Source: Promethearchaeia archaeon | GTDB lineage: Archaea; Asgardarchaeota; Lokiarchaeia; Sigyniarchaeales; SOKP01 | Length of the DNA: 64,000 bases | Direction: 5' to 3' | NCBI GenBank assembly: GCA_029856145.1 | Contig: JAHQWK010000001.1 | Location: 544,001-608,000 of the forward strand | Shown here: positions 49,648 to 59,950 of the stretch, piece by piece | Position numbering within the stretch: the stretch's first letter is position 1 | Layout of the letters: each line of letters begins with the position of its first letter | The notes under the pieces: model-generated | Seen by the model: only the letters and a program-made list of their open reading frames with translations | What the model was told of the DNA's origin: nothing | Databases searched by the model: none | Position numbers and translations under genes: made by a program

Positions 49648-51699
49648 CTAATATCTTTCTAATCCTTGATCTTCTTCAATTTCAAATAAATCTGAATGAG
49701 GTTCAAGAAAATGGTTTTGACACATGGGACAAGAATTATATTTTGAAAGCCAAAAGGCAACACATAAATAGTGATATGTACTCCCACAGAAAGGACATGT
49801 TATTACTCTATCTTTAGCAAAATTAATAAATTTATGGCACACTGTACATTGAACATCCGAAGCAGAGATTCCTTTCCTTAATTTAACTCTATTTGTTAGA
49901 ATTGTCTCCAATTTTGCTGCTTCTACTTGATAAAGTCCTAAAGAATTATTTAATTGATTAATCTTTGATTTAATCTCTGAAATTCTTTCTTTCAACTCCT
50001 CCTCTGATAATTTCTCCGCTAAGAATGATGATAATGCAAAATTTAAAGGTAAACCTTCAAAATTTTCTGTTTGTTCTGTGATTTCAGTAATAGTAGCAAA
50101 TAAAATTCCTTCTTTTTCTATTAAATCTTTAAAACTTTTAAATATCTTGTTAAGAAGCAATGACATTAGAAATGTTAGTTGCTGTCTTTTTCTATTTAAG
50201 CTGTCTTCCCAATATTTTATTACTTGATAAATATCTACATCATTAGTTTTTACAGAATCTAATCTTTTGAATACAGAGTCTTTAATTTTCTGGATTTTGA
50301 TGTTATAATCATTTAGAATTTCTCTAATCCTTTTTAATTGAGGAAATTCTTCTTTTATTATGAATGATGCTTCATCCTCATAAACTCTTATTAAATCATT
50401 CACTTCAGAGATTTTATCTGAGATAAACTTTCTTATTTCGACTCTTATTTCTTCATCCTTAACTGTCTTAATAAAACTTAAATATTCGTTTTTTCTGCGA
50501 AAAATTTCAGAAGAAACATTCGAAAATATTTTTCTTAACGAAGCTGTAATATTTTCATATGGATTTAGGAAATTCTCTATATTTAATATCCAATCTTCAA
50601 TTTCATTAATTTTTGCAGAAAAATTTTCAATTTTATTATAATAAAAGCTAGTTATTTCTTCAAATTTTTCTGCCTCAATTACATCATGGATTTTTTCTTG
50701 GAAACTCTTTTCCAACCCTAAAATATAATAGTCAACTATTTTTGGTAAAAAGGTGCCTATTTTTTGTTCTTTAAGAGTTTTTAAATTAATACTCGAATCC
50801 TTTTCTTTTAAATCAAAATCTTCGATTTCAACAAATATTTCCTGTAATTTTTCTTCAATTATTCGTCTAAGCAAAGGAGTAATAAAATTCTTAAGATTTT
50901 GTATAACTTCTTTCCTTTCGAGTATGTTAATGAATTCTTCTCCCTGAAATACTTCAAATATCTTATTTAAATATAAGAGATGGAGTAAATCAGAATAAAA
51001 TTTAATCTTATTCTCATCTTTTGAATAGAAAAATTGATAAATTTCTTCAAAATGAAAAGTTAGGATTCGCTCTTTTTTATCCTTCTTCCTTTTATTCAGA
51101 AATACATCATTTAGACTTATAATGAAAGTGACTAATTCTTTAATTTCACTCCATTTTTCTATCGAAAGAGGTATCTTATTTAATTTAAAATTTAAATTCT
51201 TAATTCTATTAATATCAGTCCAAAGAGTTGTTGAATCCTCATGAACAGATTTAATATCTTTAATCGATTGCTGGATTTCGGACCCCAGATGAGTACTCTC
51301 TTTAAGATGATCTTCTATTTTCTGTAAAGGGGCGTCTAATGCTGTGCTTTTTTTTGCTATCCTTTTTACATTCCTGATGTTTGAGCTGAGATTTTGTAGA
51401 TTATTCGAAATAACTTGTAATTCTTCCAATACTTCGTTTTTTAAATAAAAGTAATCTGAGCTTTCAGTAGACAATAAATAACTTTCTGCAAAATTTTTCA
51501 GATCCTCTATATAACTCGAATAATGACCATAAATGTCAGTAGAAAGGTGAAGTTTTGATTTTAAATAATCTTCTATTTTAATGCCTTCAGAATCTTCAGA
51601 TTTAAGTTTTACAACCATTTCCTTAATGGTTATAATCTCATCTTTAGTGAATCCATGAATCTCCCTTGTATCATTAAATCTATTATTGGAAAAATTCAA
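49648..51699 (-). CDS. Long helical/coiled-coil protein with C-terminal RING-type Zn finger (putative E3 ligase)
   Basis: CTVC...CPFC...YHYLCVAFWL....CPMC (C4HC3 with the RING-typical Trp). Confidence 0.8.
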   Translation of the reverse strand: MNFSNNRFNDTREIHGFTKDEIITIKEMVVKLKSEDSEGIKIEDYLKSKLHLSTDIYGHYSSYIEDLKNFAESYLLSTESSDYFYLKNEVLEELQVISNNLQNLSSNIRNVKRIAKKSTALDAPLQKIEDHLKESTHLGSEIQQSIKDIKSVHEDSTTLWTDINRIKNLNFKLNKIPLSIEKWSEIKELVTFIISLNDVFLNKRKKDKKERILTFHFEEIYQFFYSKDENKIKFYSDLLHLLYLNKIFEVFQGEEFINILERKEVIQNLKNFITPLLRRIIEEKLQEIFVEIEDFDLKEKDSSINLKTLKEQKIGTFLPKIVDYYILGLEKSFQEKIHDVIEAEKFEEITSFYYNKIENFSAKINEIEDWILNIENFLNPYENITASLRKIFSNVSSEIFRRKNEYLSFIKTVKDEEIRVEIRKFISDKISEVNDLIRVYEDEASFIIKEEFPQLKRIREILNDYNIKIQKIKDSVFKRLDSVKTNDVDIYQVIKYWEDSLNRKRQQLTFLMSLLLNKIFKSFKDLIEKEGILFATITEITEQTENFEGLPLNFALSSFLAEKLSEEELKERISEIKSKINQLNNSLGLYQVEAAKLETILTNRVKLRKGISASDVQCTVCHKFINFAKDRVITCPFCGSTYHYLCVAFWLSKYNSCPMCQNHFLEPHSDLFEIEEDQGLERY

Positions 51700-51817
51700 C
51701 TTGATTTTACCCCTCGTTAATACATGAGAATCTAATAATTAGTAAACTTTCATTGAATAAATTCTTATTGGTAAAAAAGCAGAATATCTGAAATATAAAA
51801 ATAAAGGGTATAAGAAA

Positions 51818-52435
51818 TTATTCTCCTAATTCTTTAATCTCTAAATATTTTTCTTTTGAGCCATCAGCTTTAATAATCAAAATATCAATACCATTTCCCG
51901 TCATGGCATCCCGAGCGATTGAGTTTCTGATTGCTTTTTCTACCAGCTTTTCACCAGCAGTCACAGTCATATCTTTCTTATAATCCGCTTCCAAAATACC
52001 AATTGAAAGTAACATACCTGTTCCAGCAGTTCCATAATCATCTTCCATAAGTGAACCAAGTGCATCAAGTGTGTATAGTTTTGGCCCATCTGCATCCATT
52101 CCAGCTATAATAAGATTTGTATATAAAGGGGCCATTTTCCTCGAATATAAGTAGTTAGACACTAATTTTCCCATACTTCTAGTAGAAATTCTCTCACCTG
52201 TTTCTAGCTCATACAAGTTTGCTTGTGCCCGGAGAATCCGTACTAATATCTGAAAATCACCTATGAGCCCGTAACATGTTAAACCAATATAATCGGTAAT
52301 CTTAAAGACTTTTTGGGTCGATTTATTAGTGACTGTGTAACCCCATGTAGCTCTTCTATCATTTCCAAGCACAACACCATCTTTACATTTGATTGCTACA
52401 CCCACTGCGCCTGGAACCATTATTTCTTGCGACAT
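51818..52435 (-). CDS. psmB: Proteasome beta subunit, predicted non-catalytic
   Basis: KCKDGVVLGNDRRAT, KVFKITD, GLIGDFQ, RDAMTGNG; Ala at the Thr1 position. Confidence 0.93.
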   Translation of the reverse strand: MSQEIMVPGAVGVAIKCKDGVVLGNDRRATWGYTVTNKSTQKVFKITDYIGLTCYGLIGDFQILVRILRAQANLYELETGERISTRSMGKLVSNYLYSRKMAPLYTNLIIAGMDADGPKLYTLDALGSLMEDDYGTAGTGMLLSIGILEADYKKDMTVTAGEKLVEKAIRNSIARDAMTGNGIDILIIKADGSKEKYLEIKELGE

Positions 52436-53239
52436 TTTTTTTTCTCTTTTTAGGATTTATTACTCAAATTAGGCACTATTTTGATAATATAAATAATCAG
52501 ATTTAATTAAAATTTTTCTTTTAAATTATAATATTTTACCATTATTCTCTAAAAATTAAAGTTTTTTATTCCCATGATAAATTTATGATTTTTAATATTT
52601 CAATCAGCATTATAATCTCTAGATTGAGATTAATTTTTCTTTCTTAATTCAATTATGGCTAAATTGATATGATCGGATAATTAATAATATGTCATAACAT
52701 GAGGATTATTTTTTTTAATAAGAAATTTTATAATTCTTCATTAAATCTCAATAAACCCTATATTAAAGAAGGTTTATTCAATATCGATATCAGAATAATT
52801 TTGATTCTATAAAAATTAATGCATCTTTTTCGAATGGTTGACTATTATATGATCACATAATTGTTGACATCAACATTTGTTGCGGATCACTTTTATCAAT
52901 TATATATTTATTAATTCGCCACTAAGTCATAGCGAAACTAAGATAAAAAGTAAATTTATCAAATTTAATATTTGAATAATGGTGATAATAAAAAAAACAT
53001 TTCATATCTTCACTATGATCAACAGTCCGATGATCATAGATGATGACTATTTTTTTATAATAAAAATTTTTTGTCGTAAATTTTTTTTCATTTAACTCAT
53101 GAAACTCTTCTGATTTGCCATAACATTTAAATAACTCTTCAGATATTATATTATCTAAGACACTTTACTAATAACTTCAAAAAAAATTAAAAACTTAAAT
53201 TTTTAAAAATTTTAGTAAAAAATATTGGAGGAATAAAAA

Positions 53240-53458
53240 ATGGCTAAAAAGAAACATTCTTTCGCATGGAGTCCAATTCGCCGATTAATGAAACAACAGG
53301 GTGCCAGTATAGTAGCTCGAAATGCAGTTGATTTATTAATTGATCATTTAGAAAAAACTGCTACTGCTTTAACCGAACAAGCAAGGACATTTACCATGCA
53401 CGCAAACAGGAAGAAAATCACTAAAAATGATCTTCTTCTATCAATTAAATACAAATAA
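53240..53458 (+). CDS. Archaeal histone (HMf family)
   Basis: SPIRRLMKQQGASIVARNAV...HANRKKITKNDLLL; GGAGG RBS; T-rich tract downstream. Confidence 0.95.
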   Translation: MAKKKHSFAWSPIRRLMKQQGASIVARNAVDLLIDHLEKTATALTEQARTFTMHANRKKITKNDLLLSIKYK

Positions 53459-53805
53459 AAAGATTTTTTGGGCTAAAAACAAATTATAATTCTTTACTTT
53501 TTTTTCTTTTTTATTTTTCATAGCTATAAAGAGATTGATAGATTAAATTTTAATTACACCCGTTCTTAGATTTTCACGGGATGATTCATAACTTAATCAT
53601 TTTCAATTACTTCAATTAATTCCTTGTAGATCAAAATCTTAAAATTAAAAATCACGAGAAATTAATCAACATATCAGAAAAACAAAGCAGTCAGAGAATT
53701 AAAATTTTAATTCTAATTATCATATAGAATTATAAGACAAAAATTAAAAGAATTATAATAAAAAATATTTAAGAAAAAATCAATCATTTTTGTAGGAGAT
53801 ACTAG

Positions 53806-55461
53806 ATGGGAAGGAGATCTTGGATTCATCTTATAAAATCAAAAGAGGAAGCCTTCAGAATAAGAGAATTCATTGAAAAGAGTAAATATTATATATTTAT
53901 AGTCTGTGGTGCTTTAATTGAAGATTCGCTTAAAGATGTTTGGGGTAATAAATATGGTATTGATGGTATGATAACTCCTGCATTATTAACACAATCAGAT
54001 GGAAGCTCAGTAATTGAGGAGATGATTAAACAAGAAATAATATATGGGAGTAGAACTGTTGTACTAGATAATTTAATTTCAGAAGAAATTGAAGTAACTG
54101 AACACGGGTGGAAAATTAGAAAAGCACGTTATATGTCATCTCAAGAATTTTTTGATTATATAGATAAAGAGATGGTGCCTAAAATTTCCAAATTGAGGAA
54201 ACGTGAGGATCTTACCTCATTAGATATTAAAAAACAGATAATTTATTCGCTAAAACATGGTGATCATCATAGATTACATCATTTAATTTTATATAAACTC
54301 CTTAGATTCTTAGATTTAGAAGATTTTGAAGAATTATGGAATAAATACAATTTAAAATTAGTTCGGCTTTTTGCTAAGGATATAAGAATACTTAGAGGTG
54401 AATTTTTCCAAGATATTACCTTTCCAGATAAATTCTCTGAATTTCTACAACAAAAAATTATTGAAATTATCATTAAAGGAGAAAACGAGCAAATAGAAGA
54501 TTTGATTTGGCTTAAATTATATCAATTTTTGGATGTTAAAGATTTAAAGACCTTACCAGAAGATAAACTCCTTAATTTTATTGAATTATTTTATACAACT
54601 ATTAATAAAGTTAGATATGTAGATTACGTTATTGAAGAGATTGAAATATTTACTAAAAAAGTCGGGAATTCCCTATCTCCTTATTTTAGAAAACTTATTA
54701 AACACATAATTAAATCAAAGGATACAAATAGCATTTTAAACCTCATTCTTAATCGTTGGACTTACATGCTTAACAAACAAAGTCTGATGGATCTTTTAAG
54801 GGATTCAGAATTAGACTTTTTTAACATTCTAATTAAAACAACGCAGGATTTAGGTGATTATTACGGATTTAATAAAGAAATTGATGATACTATATTTGAG
54901 TATATTTTAGAGATAGTAACCCCTTCAGAAGCGGAAGCTCTGAAAGATTTAAAATCTTTGATTAAAGAAGGATTTATTATTATGTATAAAAGAGATATAG
55001 ATAAAGAAATAAATAGTATAGTGAAAAAAGATAATCACATAGTAAGTATAACCATTCAGGATAGTCAACTGGAAAAAGTTCCAGAGTCAATTGGAATGCT
55101 TGAATATCTTAAAGAGTTTGTAATAGAAAAAGCAAAAATAACTCATCTCCCTGAATCGATTGGTAATTTGAGATCACTTAAAACTCTTGAAATACATTCA
55201 TGTGGATTGAAAACAATTCCAAACTCTATAGGTAATTTGAAATCACTTGAGGAATTGTATTTAAATGGCAATAATCTAGCAATACTTCCAGATTCAATTG
55301 GAAATCTACAATCTTTAAAAATTTTAGATTTATATGGAAATAATTTGAAGACACTCCCCTTATCAATTGGAAATATTACATCTATAAATAAAATCAATAT
55401 AGGAGAAAATCCTAATTTGATCTTGCCAAAGAGTCTGAATCAATTTAATATTAAAAAATAA
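53806..55461 (+). CDS. Leucine-rich repeat protein with uncharacterised N-terminal region
   Basis: Five 23-aa repeats LPESIGNLxSLKxLxLxxNxLxx at the C-terminus. Confidence 0.92.
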   Translation: MGRRSWIHLIKSKEEAFRIREFIEKSKYYIFIVCGALIEDSLKDVWGNKYGIDGMITPALLTQSDGSSVIEEMIKQEIIYGSRTVVLDNLISEEIEVTEHGWKIRKARYMSSQEFFDYIDKEMVPKISKLRKREDLTSLDIKKQIIYSLKHGDHHRLHHLILYKLLRFLDLEDFEELWNKYNLKLVRLFAKDIRILRGEFFQDITFPDKFSEFLQQKIIEIIIKGENEQIEDLIWLKLYQFLDVKDLKTLPEDKLLNFIELFYTTINKVRYVDYVIEEIEIFTKKVGNSLSPYFRKLIKHIIKSKDTNSILNLILNRWTYMLNKQSLMDLLRDSELDFFNILIKTTQDLGDYYGFNKEIDDTIFEYILEIVTPSEAEALKDLKSLIKEGFIIMYKRDIDKEINSIVKKDNHIVSITIQDSQLEKVPESIGMLEYLKEFVIEKAKITHLPESIGNLRSLKTLEIHSCGLKTIPNSIGNLKSLEELYLNGNNLAILPDSIGNLQSLKILDLYGNNLKTLPLSIGNITSINKINIGENPNLILPKSLNQFNIKK

Positions 55462-55829
55462 TGTATTTTAGATTAGTAAAACGACAAAAGAATTCAAAAA
55501 TATTAAAAATTAATATATAAAATTTTACTTAAATATTAATAAAGACAATTCTAAAATCTGTTCTCAAATTATTAGATTAGAAGTTCACAACGATGCTATT
55601 TGCTATTTCTTATTTTTCACTGATAAGAGTTTAATATTTCTATCTTCCATTAAGTATTCTAGTGTATTCTTCCACATCTTCAATTTTTCTTTGACAGATA
55701 ATATATCGTTTAATGTATAATATTTGTTTGAAAAGCGTTTTAACAATGCTGTAGTAATCGTAAGAAAATAACTAAAAACGACTTGCTTTTGTCAATTAAA
55801 TACAAATAAAGAAATTTTTTAGACTAGAA

Positions 55830-56074
55830 TAAACTTTATAATTTTTTTTCTTTTTTTTTTTCTTTTTTCTAATAACTTTATCTAATACTATTGCAGTTCC
55901 CTTAAGACTTCCGACTAATTCAAATAATTTCTTTAAGTTCGTATCTTATGGATAATCAAATTTTATTTTGTAGAATCTATCCTCAATAATTCCTCCACAT
56001 TGTCTCGCGATCCTAGTAGCCTCGGGTACATTTTGACCTGATGACCTAGAATTACAACAAAATTCAATAATCAT
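55830..56074 (-). pseudogene. Degraded hypothetical gene
   Basis: GAGGTGA RBS then MIIEFCCNSRSSGQNVPEATRIARQCGGIIEDRFYKIKFDYP, in-frame TAA at 55946-55948, then protein-like DTNLKKLFELVGSLKGTAIVLD running into a poly-A tract. Confidence 0.5.
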
Positions 56075-56322
56075 GATTTCACCTCTAATAATCAATTTTA
56101 GCTTTTAAAATAAACTTGATTTTATATTCATCACTCCAGAACTTTAAATACCTTTAAATATTTTCCTCAATACAATGGTATACATTTCCAATTTTGACCT
56201 TTAAATAGGCAAAATGAATGAAATCTAATATTAAATGGAAAAGATGAAAAAAAAATTAAATTTAATTAAAGTAGAGAAATTACTTTTTGGATTTACAGAA
56301 TAAAAAAGTGGGTAATGACAAA

Positions 56323-57744
56323 ATGATTAAAAATAACAAAAAGGTTATTATATTAAGCGCGATATTTCTCCCATTTATGATTTGCGCAATCAGTGGTAGG
56401 CTAGTTCAATCTAATAATGCTAATTTGGAAGAAGTTAATGAAATTAATAATGAATTTAAAATAAAAATAGCTAGTGGATATACTCCTATTTATATCCATA
56501 TAGATGCCAGTGTTAATGATAATTGGTCAAACACCGCTAGTAATTGTGATTGGTGTTATGAAAAAGATGGAGTTTATTACATTGAAAATTGTTCTATCGA
56601 TGCTTCACTTTCTCCTACTGGAAGTGGAATCTTTATTAATAATTCCAAATATGTGAAATTCATAATCCAAAATTGCAGTGTTTATAATGCTGGTTCTGAT
56701 CATCTTGATGCAGGGATTAAATTAGAAAATACATGCAATGGAACTTTAATAAATAATGACTGTTCAAATAACAATTTTGGAGGATTTCTTTTAAATAATG
56801 GATGTAAAAATAACACCATCTCATGGAATACAGCAAATAACAATCATGCCGTTGGTATTTATAGCTTTGATCATTGTAACAACAATACTATTGACTTTAA
56901 TATTGTTAGGGAAAATGATGATGTGGGTATTGTTTTAGAAGAGTATTGCAATAATAACACAATTTTTAGCAATATTGCTAAAGATAACGGAGATTTTGGT
57001 GGTATTTATTTAGAGGATTATTGTAATGACAACACAATTTATAATAATACTGTTGGTAATGATCTAACTACAGATCAAAATTTTGGAATTTATTTGTACT
57101 GGAATTGTGATAAAAATTTAATCATGAATAACACGGCAAGTAATAATTATTGGTACGGGATAAGCTTTGAAATGGCTTGTGATAACAACATACTTATCAG
57201 TAACACTGCTAACAATAATGGTCGATATGGTATATATATAGAAAGGTGGTGTGATTATAACAATATAACAAATTGTGAAATACGATACAATACCATAGGT
57301 TTATTGTTGGAGACTGGATGTAATAATAATACGTTCTTTAATAATAAAATCATAAATAATTCACAATTTGGGGCTGTTATAGAAAATTATACTGATGAAT
57401 GCATGTATAATCTTTTTTACAGGAATATTTTTAATAATCCCCTCGGGATTAATGCTATAGATAATTGTTCTAATAATCGTTGGGATAACGGAATAATAGG
57501 AAATCTATGGCATGATTATAATGGTAAGGATGAAAATAATGATGGGATAGGAGATACACCATATAATGGAATTGGAGGAACAGGGGGTGCTCAAGATAGA
57601 TTTCCAATATGGGATGATGGTGTAGAGATTAATCCATTCCCGATTGAATTAATTATTATCATATCAAGTATTATTATAATTGCTGGTACAACATTATCAA
57701 TTGGGTTTATATTTTGGAAGAGATCAATAAAGAGAAAATTATAA
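56323..57744 (+). CDS. Right-handed beta-helix (NosD/CASH-like) membrane-anchored surface protein
   Basis: Signal-like N-terminus; repeats GIxLxxxCxNNTIxxNxxxxN; WDNG.IGN.W.DY.G.D.N.DGIGDTPY; C-terminal TM and basic tail; ATG 56323 preferred. Confidence 0.9.
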   Translation: MIKNNKKVIILSAIFLPFMICAISGRLVQSNNANLEEVNEINNEFKIKIASGYTPIYIHIDASVNDNWSNTASNCDWCYEKDGVYYIENCSIDASLSPTGSGIFINNSKYVKFIIQNCSVYNAGSDHLDAGIKLENTCNGTLINNDCSNNNFGGFLLNNGCKNNTISWNTANNNHAVGIYSFDHCNNNTIDFNIVRENDDVGIVLEEYCNNNTIFSNIAKDNGDFGGIYLEDYCNDNTIYNNTVGNDLTTDQNFGIYLYWNCDKNLIMNNTASNNYWYGISFEMACDNNILISNTANNNGRYGIYIERWCDYNNITNCEIRYNTIGLLLETGCNNNTFFNNKIINNSQFGAVIENYTDECMYNLFYRNIFNNPLGINAIDNCSNNRWDNGIIGNLWHDYNGKDENNDGIGDTPYNGIGGTGGAQDRFPIWDDGVEINPFPIELIIIISSIIIIAGTTLSIGFIFWKRSIKRKL

Positions 57745-57887
57745 AATAAAATTATTTTTTTCTTTTTTTTAATTATATAATTTAATTTCGTTTTAAATTG
57801 ATTTACTTCTAATATTTTGAAAAATTGGAAAACTTTTAAATACTATGTAGAACTAACAACTAGAATAAATCTTAGAGGACGACAGAC

Positions 57888-59891
57888 ATGGCTTATTTCA
57901 AGAATATAGTATTGGTCAAGGCGGAAGGAAATTATTTTGATGCTAGCTTTTTTGAAGCAAACATTCCTCTTTGTTATCTTAGCGCAGTCATAAAAGATCA
58001 CGTGAATTCTGTTACAATGCCTATGGATATGCGTATAGATCTTAGACCATTTGAAAAATATGAAAATCATTTAGTAAAAATGGAAAAAGGAGGTGGGAAA
58101 TGTGATCTTGTAGGAATTTCAACTATGACAGCATCATTTCCCAACGCAATAATACTTGCTAGAATAGCAAAAAAACATGGTGCTTATGTTGTTGTGGGAG
58201 GTTATCATCCTTCTGCTCTTCCTGAAGCAATGTTTAATGTCCCAGAAATTGATGCTGTTGTTCGTGGAGAAGGAGAAATGACTTTAAAAGAACTTGTTCT
58301 AAACGGTCCTTCAACCTTCGTTAAAGGATTGAGCTTTAGGGATGAAAATGGGATTATTTGTCATAATCAGGACCGTGAAAGGATAATGCATCTCGACTCG
58401 TTACCATTTCCAGATAGGAATTTGCGTCCAGAGAACCCTATCTTTAATAAACACGAAGTCGTAGTTACATCACGCGGTTGTAATGGTACTTGTACATTTT
58501 GTGCAAATGATGCTGTACACGGTCGATGGCGAGGTCGTTCCCCAGAAAATGTTGTTGCAGAATTGAAAATGCTACAAAAAAAACACCCAGACTTATCTAC
58601 AGTCCATATATGGGACGCAAATTTTATGCAAGACAGCGAGAGAGTCGCTAAAATCATTAATCTCATCAAAGAAAACAAAATTTACTTCAAATATTTCTGT
58701 GAAATGCGCGTAGATCACATAACTAAACACCCCGATTTAATCAAAAGATTAGCAGAAATAGGAATGGAGTGGATAGCAATTGGTATTGAAAGTCCGTATC
58801 AAGAGCGTTTGAAAAAATTAAAAAAAGGGATTACTACTTTTGCCGTGGAAAAGGCTATCGAAATATTGAAGGAGAACAAAATTAAAATTGTAGGATATTT
58901 AATGATAGGCGATCCGGACGAGACAATGGAGCAAGTGAAGGAGTATCCCGTATATGCAACGAGAGTTGGCATAGATAAGATCATGTTAGCCATACAGACA
59001 CCACATCCAGGAAGCTTATTGTTTAAGGAGATGGCTAAGGAAGGAGCCATAACGTCATATCAATGGGAGAAATACGATATAGGTCATTCAGTAGCAAAAT
59101 TGAAAAATATGACGAATCATGAATGTGAGGTTCTCATGGATTGGTGTTGGGGAAAATATTATAGCCCTGAATGGGCGTTTTCCCGAGAGAGATCGCTAAA
59201 AGAAGCATTTTTTCGATATTTGTCCTTTGTTTGGATTGGTTATCCTGGTTTTTTTATTCACGCACGTTCTAGAGAGACTGTTGAAGAAAATTTAAGAGCA
59301 TATATCTCAGCAATGCAAGGTTATTATGATTTAAGCAAGTATGAATATACAGATGCAGATTATCTCGATGATCTAAGGGGGTATAATTTTCAATTGACTT
59401 TTCGTTTCAGTAATGGAGATGATATTTCTTTGTTAGCTTCAATAGATAAAAACAGCAAGCTAGTGATTGAAATATTTAATGGAAAAAGAAAAGATGTATT
59501 TCTCGATTTTACACTTAATTCAAGTGATTTCATTGATATTCTTAAATCCTTACCCTTACAAATTATTTCGCTCGTACATTGGGCGGGGTTTAATTTTAAC
59601 AACTTGAAAGCAAACATTCATGTCTTTAAGACTTTCTTGTCTATGGTTGCAAAAGCAGTTCGATTGAACACGATAAATTATAAAAAATTAACAAAATATT
59701 TAGTTGTAGGAACAAAATTTCTTCCTAAAAAATTATATGAACTAATCAGAGAAGAAATTCCAATTTTCAACAATAAAAAGAAAAGTGAAGTATATGAAGA
59801 TAATTACATGAAAGCTATAACAAACTCGGTTAGAAATGTTTTATATAAAGTAATACTGTTCCCTTTCACAATTCTCGTTCCTGTTGACTGA
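57888..59891 (+). CDS. B12-binding radical SAM protein with long C-terminal extension (possibly SCP2-like)
   Basis: VGISTMT, VVGGYHPS, RGEGE, TSRGCNGTCTFC, IGIES, TPHPGS; about 230 extra C-terminal aa. Confidence 0.9.
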   Translation: MAYFKNIVLVKAEGNYFDASFFEANIPLCYLSAVIKDHVNSVTMPMDMRIDLRPFEKYENHLVKMEKGGGKCDLVGISTMTASFPNAIILARIAKKHGAYVVVGGYHPSALPEAMFNVPEIDAVVRGEGEMTLKELVLNGPSTFVKGLSFRDENGIICHNQDRERIMHLDSLPFPDRNLRPENPIFNKHEVVVTSRGCNGTCTFCANDAVHGRWRGRSPENVVAELKMLQKKHPDLSTVHIWDANFMQDSERVAKIINLIKENKIYFKYFCEMRVDHITKHPDLIKRLAEIGMEWIAIGIESPYQERLKKLKKGITTFAVEKAIEILKENKIKIVGYLMIGDPDETMEQVKEYPVYATRVGIDKIMLAIQTPHPGSLLFKEMAKEGAITSYQWEKYDIGHSVAKLKNMTNHECEVLMDWCWGKYYSPEWAFSRERSLKEAFFRYLSFVWIGYPGFFIHARSRETVEENLRAYISAMQGYYDLSKYEYTDADYLDDLRGYNFQLTFRFSNGDDISLLASIDKNSKLVIEIFNGKRKDVFLDFTLNSSDFIDILKSLPLQIISLVHWAGFNFNNLKANIHVFKTFLSMVAKAVRLNTINYKKLTKYLVVGTKFLPKKLYELIREEIPIFNNKKKSEVYEDNYMKAITNSVRNVLYKVILFPFTILVPVD

Positions 59892-59950
59892 TAATAGATT
59901 TAAGCTTTCTTTTTTATTCTCTACCTTTTATAATTTCAAAATGTAATAAG

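Noticed and set aside
52436-53239. Possible replication origin or CRISPR array in the long intergenic region
   Set aside because: No ORB-like G-string boxes, no adjacent cdc6/orc1, and no regularly spaced 25-45 nt direct repeats
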